Origin: the human T2T-CHM13v2.0 reference genome, Homo sapiens
Assembly (NCBI RefSeq): GCF_009914755.1
Contig: NC_060925.1
Length of the DNA: 64,000 nt
Strand: one strand, 5' to 3'
Below the pieces are notes generated by a model. The model had not been told where the DNA came from. It saw only the letters and a list, made by a program, of their open reading frames with translations, and made no database searches. Position numbers and translations under genes: made by a program. Shown here piece by piece: positions 51,723 through 64,000 of this stretch; the first letter of the stretch is position 1; each line of letters starts with the position of its first letter.

Positions 51723-52044
51723 TCCCTTGTGCAGGTGGTGACAAGCCTGCGTAACCTCTATGTTTACATTCACCAGCGCCTGAGCATAAAAAGCAGTCAC
51801 AGTATGTTTTGATGTCAAGGTAACGGTGGCTTGAAAACCTCCATTTCTTACTTGTCCTTATCTCCTTATCAAACTCATTTTAGAGTTACTGAGACTAAAC
51901 TAGTGGATGAGAAAAAACAGAATTATAGTTTAATTTTCAAGCAATATTAAGAAAACATGAACAGGTCACTGACTTTTTTGCTGTTGCATTTTTTTGTTGT
52001 TGTTGTTGTTTAATGATGAGGCTCTTTATTTTAAGAGCCTCATG

Positions 52045-53640
<1,596 letters not shown>

Positions 53641-56103
53641 TTTAAATAAATAAAGAGCCTCATGAACATTCACACTCCCATCGAAGCAATCTCAGGGGTT
53701 CCTACAAGGGTATCTCGGCACTAGGGCCACCGTATGCTACCGTCAGGTGTCAGGTCCTGTTTTGCCCTCTGCTCAGGAAGCAGTCTGGAGAGGGAGAAAT
53801 TCTGTGGCTACTGCTGACCACTTCTCATGAAATCGCCATTGCTGCATCATGGGTGCTGTCTCCTGGTGCCCCTGAGGAGCCGCTGCCTGAGGTGCCCCTG
53901 AGGAGCCGCAGCACTGGGCTCCAGGCGAAGGACTCTTCCTTGCTACATGCTGAAGCCTCGCTGTCAGGGCTGACCCTCTCCAGCTGCAGGCATGATTTGC
54001 CCCAGGTAACTGAAGTGCACCTGGAATTTTCCATCACATGTCCCAGAGCCAGGAATCTGCCAACCTGGCTTCTGTCCTCCGCTCACCACCTTCTGTAACA
54101 GTGGGAGCTGGTCCAGGCCCATCAAGAGCAGGCAGCACATCAGTGCCAGTGACAGCTCTGTTCGAACATAGCCAAGAAGCAGCTGTTCCTATCCTTTTCC
54201 CAACAAAGCAAGAGCCGGGATATGGCTCTGTGGCAATTGCAGCCAACAGTTTCCATCACCAAGTGAGGCATTTGCTTCCTAGTCCAAAGCATCTATGTAT
54301 AGTGTGTTTGCTATTTTCCCCTAAGACCCAGGGAGGGATACCTGGCTTATATCCTGGTGCCTTACATCTACAGGGTACACCCTGGAGATTTTGCCAAAGC
54401 AAAGGAACAATCTGCTTCAAAGGTGAAGTCAACTTCCATTTTACAGAAGACTGAAAAACGGGCCCGGCTCCAAAATGGCAGGTTCACCAACGCTCACTCG
54501 TTGAGGTTTCTAAGTCATAGAATCATGTCACTGACAAAGCCCCTTTGGAACAAAATTATTATGATATAGCATAAAGAGTGCTTCAACAGAAGTGTGAGCA
54601 TGGTGTGACGAAGGAGAGTCCCTGCTTTGAGCCTCAGTTTTCTCACCTGTAAGGTTACTGACCTCATCAACTTATTGTACAGTTTAAAAGAGACAGTGTC
54701 TGCAGGTGCCACAGCCAGCTGGAGATTTTGCCAAAGCAAAGGAGCCTAGCTCAGCACACCTGACAGCTAGGGGCTGCTGAAAGTCATTGTTATTGCCCTT
54801 CAGGCCATAAGGACTCTTCCTGTTTGCCCACTGAGTGTCCTGTTTGTCACTCTTGCAGGACAGCACAGATGTGGGCTTTGGGAGCCAGGACTCCTTAACT
54901 TGGCTTTATTAGGAATTTAATTTAGTGACCTTGGTCATGTCCTTCAGGAGCCAAGAATCCAAGTAAAGTCGTATCTGTGTATTCTCTGAGCACTGGCTGA
55001 TGTGCAAACATTCAGGCCCCATGGCTTTCCCACAGGGCATCTTTCCTCCGCTCTCCATGTGGTCAGCCACGGAAGGGGTAGGAGGAGATGAACAATAGAC
55101 ACTTCATCATTTTTCCCTTATGGATTAATCAAATCCCATTTTTCCGTCACCAAATATAAGGCAAGAGTTTCCTAATAGAATCTGACTCCGAACACCTGGC
55201 GTACAGTTGGTTTAGATTAAGGATCTTACATAAATAAAACAGCAGCAGACATCCAGCCAGCTAGCGCAGAAGACCTGCCATGGGGGTGGGGGGAAGGAGA
55301 CGCACGGTTTGTCAACACACACCAAGGTAACCAGCTGGTTAGGGCCATGTGAACTTCCCGTGGATTTTTTTCTTCTTTTTTTGGCAAACATTTATTTCAC
55401 ACTACTCTGGAAGGTGATGTGGCACAGCAATTAAATATGAGCCAAAAAAAATGGTTTAGAATCCAGACCCTGCTACTTACTGACTGTGAAATGAAGGCAA
55501 ATGACTGATAAGGTGCCCGCTTCCTCATCTACAAAATTACCTCCTCCCAACATTGGGCCATTGCAGGGATTACATGAGAGACACATGAAAGACACATGAA
55601 AGACACATGCAAAGACTTTAGAATTACCCTGGGCTCATGGTACGCCCTTGAAAACATTAGCTACGACTATTATTGTTATGTGCTGGGCACTGAGCCAGCT
55701 GGGGTTTCCCATAACATAGTTCCTGACTTAAAGTGATGGCTCAAGATATTGAGAAGGCAATGGGACCCACTAGAAAGGAAGCTCTATGAGGGCAGGAATC
55801 TTTTGTTTCTGTTTTGTTTTCTATTGTACTCCCAGGGCCTAGAATAGTGCCTGGCACATAGAAAGTACTTCTTAATATATTTTGGTTGAATGACTACATT
55901 GAAACCATTGTTGAAGGAGCTATGCTTGACTGTGTAGGATTCAGGGGGGACACAAAGGAGGGGTGTCAATAAAATGATTATACAAATTAATCAGTGAGAT
56001 ACGTAAGGAATTAAAATACTTGAAGAGTGTGGAATCTTATCAGGCAACACAGTTGTAAAATAAGTTACAGTAAAGGTTTAAAAATTTGACTAAGCCTACC
56101 ACT

Positions 56104-57036
<933 letters not shown>

Positions 57037-57459
57037 TTAGAATTCAGGCCCTGTTACTTACTGACTGTGAAATGAAGGCAAATGACTGAATGCCGACATG
57101 CCCACTTCTATGGGATTAAGTCTTCCATGGGCTGTTGAGGAATAAATTTTGAATTCCTCAAGAAAAATAGCATATAATAGTTATTTCAGGTGGTTGAAAC
57201 ATTTAAGAAAATCTGACATATTAATTGTATGATTTTAATTTGTAATGTTTAATTATTATTAAACATCATTTTATTTTAAAACATGCATGAAAGTTGTTTA
57301 ACTTATAAACAGTATTTGACTGTCTAAAAGACTGAAATGTTTTTAAGTCTATAGGAATATTATGTTTGTAACTAGAGTTTCCATGCTGAAGAGTGTTTTG
57401 TTTGTCTTATGACTAAGTCAGCCTTCTAGGGTATTTGATATGCTTGAGATAATCAGTTA

Positions 57460-58616
<1,157 letters not shown>

Positions 58617-58643
58617 TATATTAAATTTGGGATTATAATTTAA

Positions 58644-58970
<327 letters not shown>

Positions 58971-59422
58971 TAAAGGGATTTAATTAACCATGATGGTTAA
59001 ATGGGGTTAATTATTTAAGGAAATATTATTTTTAAAACTTAACCGAACATTAATTAAAGGACAAATGAAAGTGATGTTATTTTTATACAAAATGACTAGA
59101 TTTGTGAATAAATTAACTAGATTGGTACACTGAGCTTTAAGGCTTATGAAAAAGGTATAGTTTAAACTTACAACTTTATTACATTGAAATACCAATGTAA
59201 TTTTTTTACATTGAAATATCAGTGAAAACCAAGCAACTGTAAGTATCCCTTTTCATGCAGAAAAGCTTCTGTGTGATATTTTAAAACCTGAATCAACAAG
59301 GGAATGCTTATAAAATCCAGAAGGGCTTGACTGAGTGGTCCTGTTAAAAGTGTTGCTATTGTGGGTCTTCCTGGAATTTTTTGTATTATTAAAATAAATT
59401 TAAAAACTTAGGTTTATATAAC

Positions 59423-59810
59423 TGCTATGATTTGAATGTGTCCCCCCAAACGCACGTGTTGGAAACTTAATCCTCAATGCAACAGTGTTGGGAGGTGGGG
59501 TCTAATTGGAGGTGTTTAGGTCACAAGGGCTCCAACCTTGTGAATGGATTAAGCACTGATTATAAAAGGGCTTGAGGCTGTGAGTTCAATCTGTTGTTCT
59601 CTCATGCACGCACACACTCACTTGCTATGTGACGCCTTCTACTATGTGATGCCTTCTACCACGTTATGACACAGCAAGAAGGCTGCCAGATGCAGATGCA
59701 GCCCCTTGATCTTGGACTTCCCAGCCTCCAGAACCGTGAGCCAAATAAACTTCAATTGTTTACAAATTGCTTGGTCTGCGGTATTTTGTTACAGCAGCAC
59801 AAAATGTCAA
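59423..59810 (+). mobile_element. MST-family LTR (MSTC-like)
   Basis: tgctatgatttgaatgtgtccccccaaa...ttggacttcccagcctccagaaccgtgagccaaataaa. Confidence 0.85.
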
Positions 59811-60039
59811 AACTATCCATTTCAATGCCCTTAAAAGACTCCTCTGTCATCTGCTCACCAGATTGGCAGGCCCTCTGGAACAGAGACTGTGCGTCACAGA
59901 TTTGCAACTCTCTGCAGGGCTCCTCCCCAAATGACCCCAACACCCACCCTTTCTCAACTGCCAGATATACAGTGCACCCCTGGGACCATGCGTTTGTTCA
60001 TTCTCCTGCACTGGGGATTCAGCAGGTCTGGTGCTGATC

Positions 60040-60740
60040 CTTAGGGAAAACTCTGGAAATTTGTGGGAATATTTTAAATAGGGTGATTGCAAAGCATGAC
60101 TGTCATTAAATGGGTGGGAACCAAGGATGCTAGATGTTCTGTGATCATAAGACAGTCCTATATATGAAGAATTGTTTCATAAACTATATGATTTTCAAAT
60201 GTTTGCTAGACATTCATGTGGGTGAAAAACTCAATTATAGTTATTTGAGGCTAGAATCTGACTCTATTTTCCATATAAACTGAGACATTTTTGCATGGTT
60301 TTAATATATGCTGAATTTTCCAAGAGTGCAATTACTATGTAAATCAAGAGAAGATTGTACTTTATTACATTTGAAACTTTACCAGGAGTTGCTTATTATT
60401 TTGGAAAAAATCACATCACCAAAGGCAAAGTAGCTCATAGTATTTGAGTTATCAATGCAATACCACAGTATCTGTCTGCATTTGTGGGTGTCCATCATCC
60501 ATGGTGATTCTGTATACAAATGCAAGAATATCACTACTTTATCCTAACACTGACTGGGGGCATTTCCAAGCTTTTCTATGTTGAAATACACATTATTTAA
60601 TTCAAAAACCTCTCCTTTTATTTATCCTTTATACGACACTTGGGTGTTAGATTCACTTTATAAAATCATGTATGTATGCAGGGTAAATTATCTCTGAACT
60701 CCATTTCAGAATACTGAGGGATATTACACAGTAGTTGTTG
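60040..60740. mobile_element. MER20B-like hAT-Charlie element
   Basis: gacattcatgtgggtgaaaaac...ctgaattttccaagagtgcaattactatgtaaatcaagagaagattgtactt. Confidence 0.7.
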
Positions 60741-60744
60741 GGTC

Positions 60745-62020
60745 CTGCACTGCTCTCCACCTTTAATCTCTTCTCTGAAAGTTCCTTTTGCCTTCTTGAA
60801 ATGTGGTTCTCCTCCCAGAATCTTATCTCTTCTGTAGCCCTCACAACTGATGGTTGCTTTCTCTCCTACACCCTCCTACCACTCGACTCAGAAGTGGGCT
60901 AGGTGTCTGCTTCTTCCCCGCTAAGAGTTCCAGACCTTTTGTTCTCCTTCTCTGAAAATCCCCAGCTCTGAAGCTCCTAGCCTCAGACAATAGCACTGCC
61001 TTCTTCAGAGCTCTGGGTCTTTGCTCCTTGAGGATTTTAGCCTGCGTTCATTGTCTCTCTCTCCAACACTGTGTCAGTCTCAGTTCTTGGTGATTTCAAT
61101 ATTCATGGAAATAGGGGCAATGTTCAGTTAAAGCACAGGCAGTGACCAATCAGAAGTAATGTCAGTCCTCTGGAGGGCCTCCTGCTGGGCATGGTATTAC
61201 CCTTTAATTGCTGGGTCAGATCTTAGGGAGGTCCTGGGTCCAGGGACAGGAGCCAGGGTAGCCAAGGCAATGGAGGAGCACTCATGGGTCTTAAGCAGTG
61301 GCCATTTAACCAACTGATATGAAAGAATTTTAACATCTTAACAACTGAAATGGACATACTGATCCTACCAGGTGATATCAGCCCTGGGTGGAGATGATCC
61401 TCCCAAGTTTCTTGATCTCTCTTCTCCTGTGATCTTGTCCTCCATGCTAGCTCAGCTACCCACTCCCATTGTCATGTGCTGGACCCATGAACATAGTTGC
61501 ACCCCCTCCACGATGTAAAATGTAAGCATCCCACTCTTGGATCTCTAGCTTCTGTCCTTCCAGCGTACTCTACCGACAGCCCCAACTCCAGCATTCTGCC
61601 ACCTAATCAGAGCCTACAATTCATTATATGTCACAGTTTCCACTATGCCTCTCCTCCTTCATGCCTTCCAGTCTTTTCTAATCTAATCACCCAGTTTAGT
61701 TTAGACTAATTTAATCACCCAGATTAGATTCCACCAAACAGCACCGTAATCATGCCCTTGTGTATACAAAATCCCCTTACCCTACTCTTCCTTTTTTTTT
61801 CACCAGCCTGGCAAAGCCAATCTGTGTTAAAATCAAGTCTTCACCTGTTCCAAGCCTGCTCTTAGGTACTTGAATGTCGCTGAAGAAAACCGCACTGCCA
61901 CATCAATCCTACTACATTGCCTAAGCCAGTCACTTTCCTACTCTACTAAACAATCAGAATTACCACATGTCTTTTCTTGCCTCTTCAAACTTCCAAAACT
62001 CATCTGTCCCCCTTACTCAA
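60745..62020 (+). mobile_element. Internal L2 ORF2 remnant (APE endonuclease region) with a small DNA-transposon-like insert (~61110-61385)
   Basis: gtt ctt ggt gat ttc aat att cat (~61083-61106) encodes VLGDFNIH, the APE GDFN motif. Confidence 0.55.
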
Positions 62021-62024
62021 ATCT

Positions 62025-63955
<1,931 letters not shown>

Positions 63956-64000
63956 TTCTTTTTTCTTTTTCTTTTTTATTTTTACACAGGGTCTTGTTCT

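Noticed and set aside
55328-55341. 14-bp palindrome TAACCAGCTGGTTA
   Set aside because: A few palindromes of this size are expected by chance in 64 kb.

Overview
Primate, almost certainly human, genomic DNA: Alu, L1PA, MER4, MER52, THE1 and MST elements are all present. The only gene-like structure is a ~1.1 kb CpG island (~10.9-12.0 kb). It carries an ATG-less, apparently non-coding first exon on the minus strand ending at a strong donor (AAG|GTAAGG, 11602/11601). Bases 1-11601 are therefore probably intron 1 and ~12-64 kb is upstream/intergenic DNA. I could not identify the gene. No protein-coding exon, RNA gene or intact autonomous element is supported; nearly all listed ORFs fall in Alus, LTRs, simple repeats or the GC-rich island. 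The upstream region is very repeat-dense (~42 Alus, MaLR/ERV solo LTRs, hAT/Tigger fossils, L1/L2/MIR, with multi-layer nesting). I found no well-supported new biological system. The best leads are: (i) a ~20-bp-periodic GYGCAC/MRE-like array inside exon 1; (ii) three Alu insertions at the same homologous site of MaLR LTRs; (iii) a five-Alu array bracketed by one TSD at a hairpin; (iv) a cluster of short local duplications at 53.8-57.1 kb; (v) several candidate enhancers (CRE, AP-1, ARE, MEF2). Repeat subfamily names come from recalled consensus features and need RepeatMasker/Dfam confirmation. Boundaries are approximate unless TSDs are quoted.
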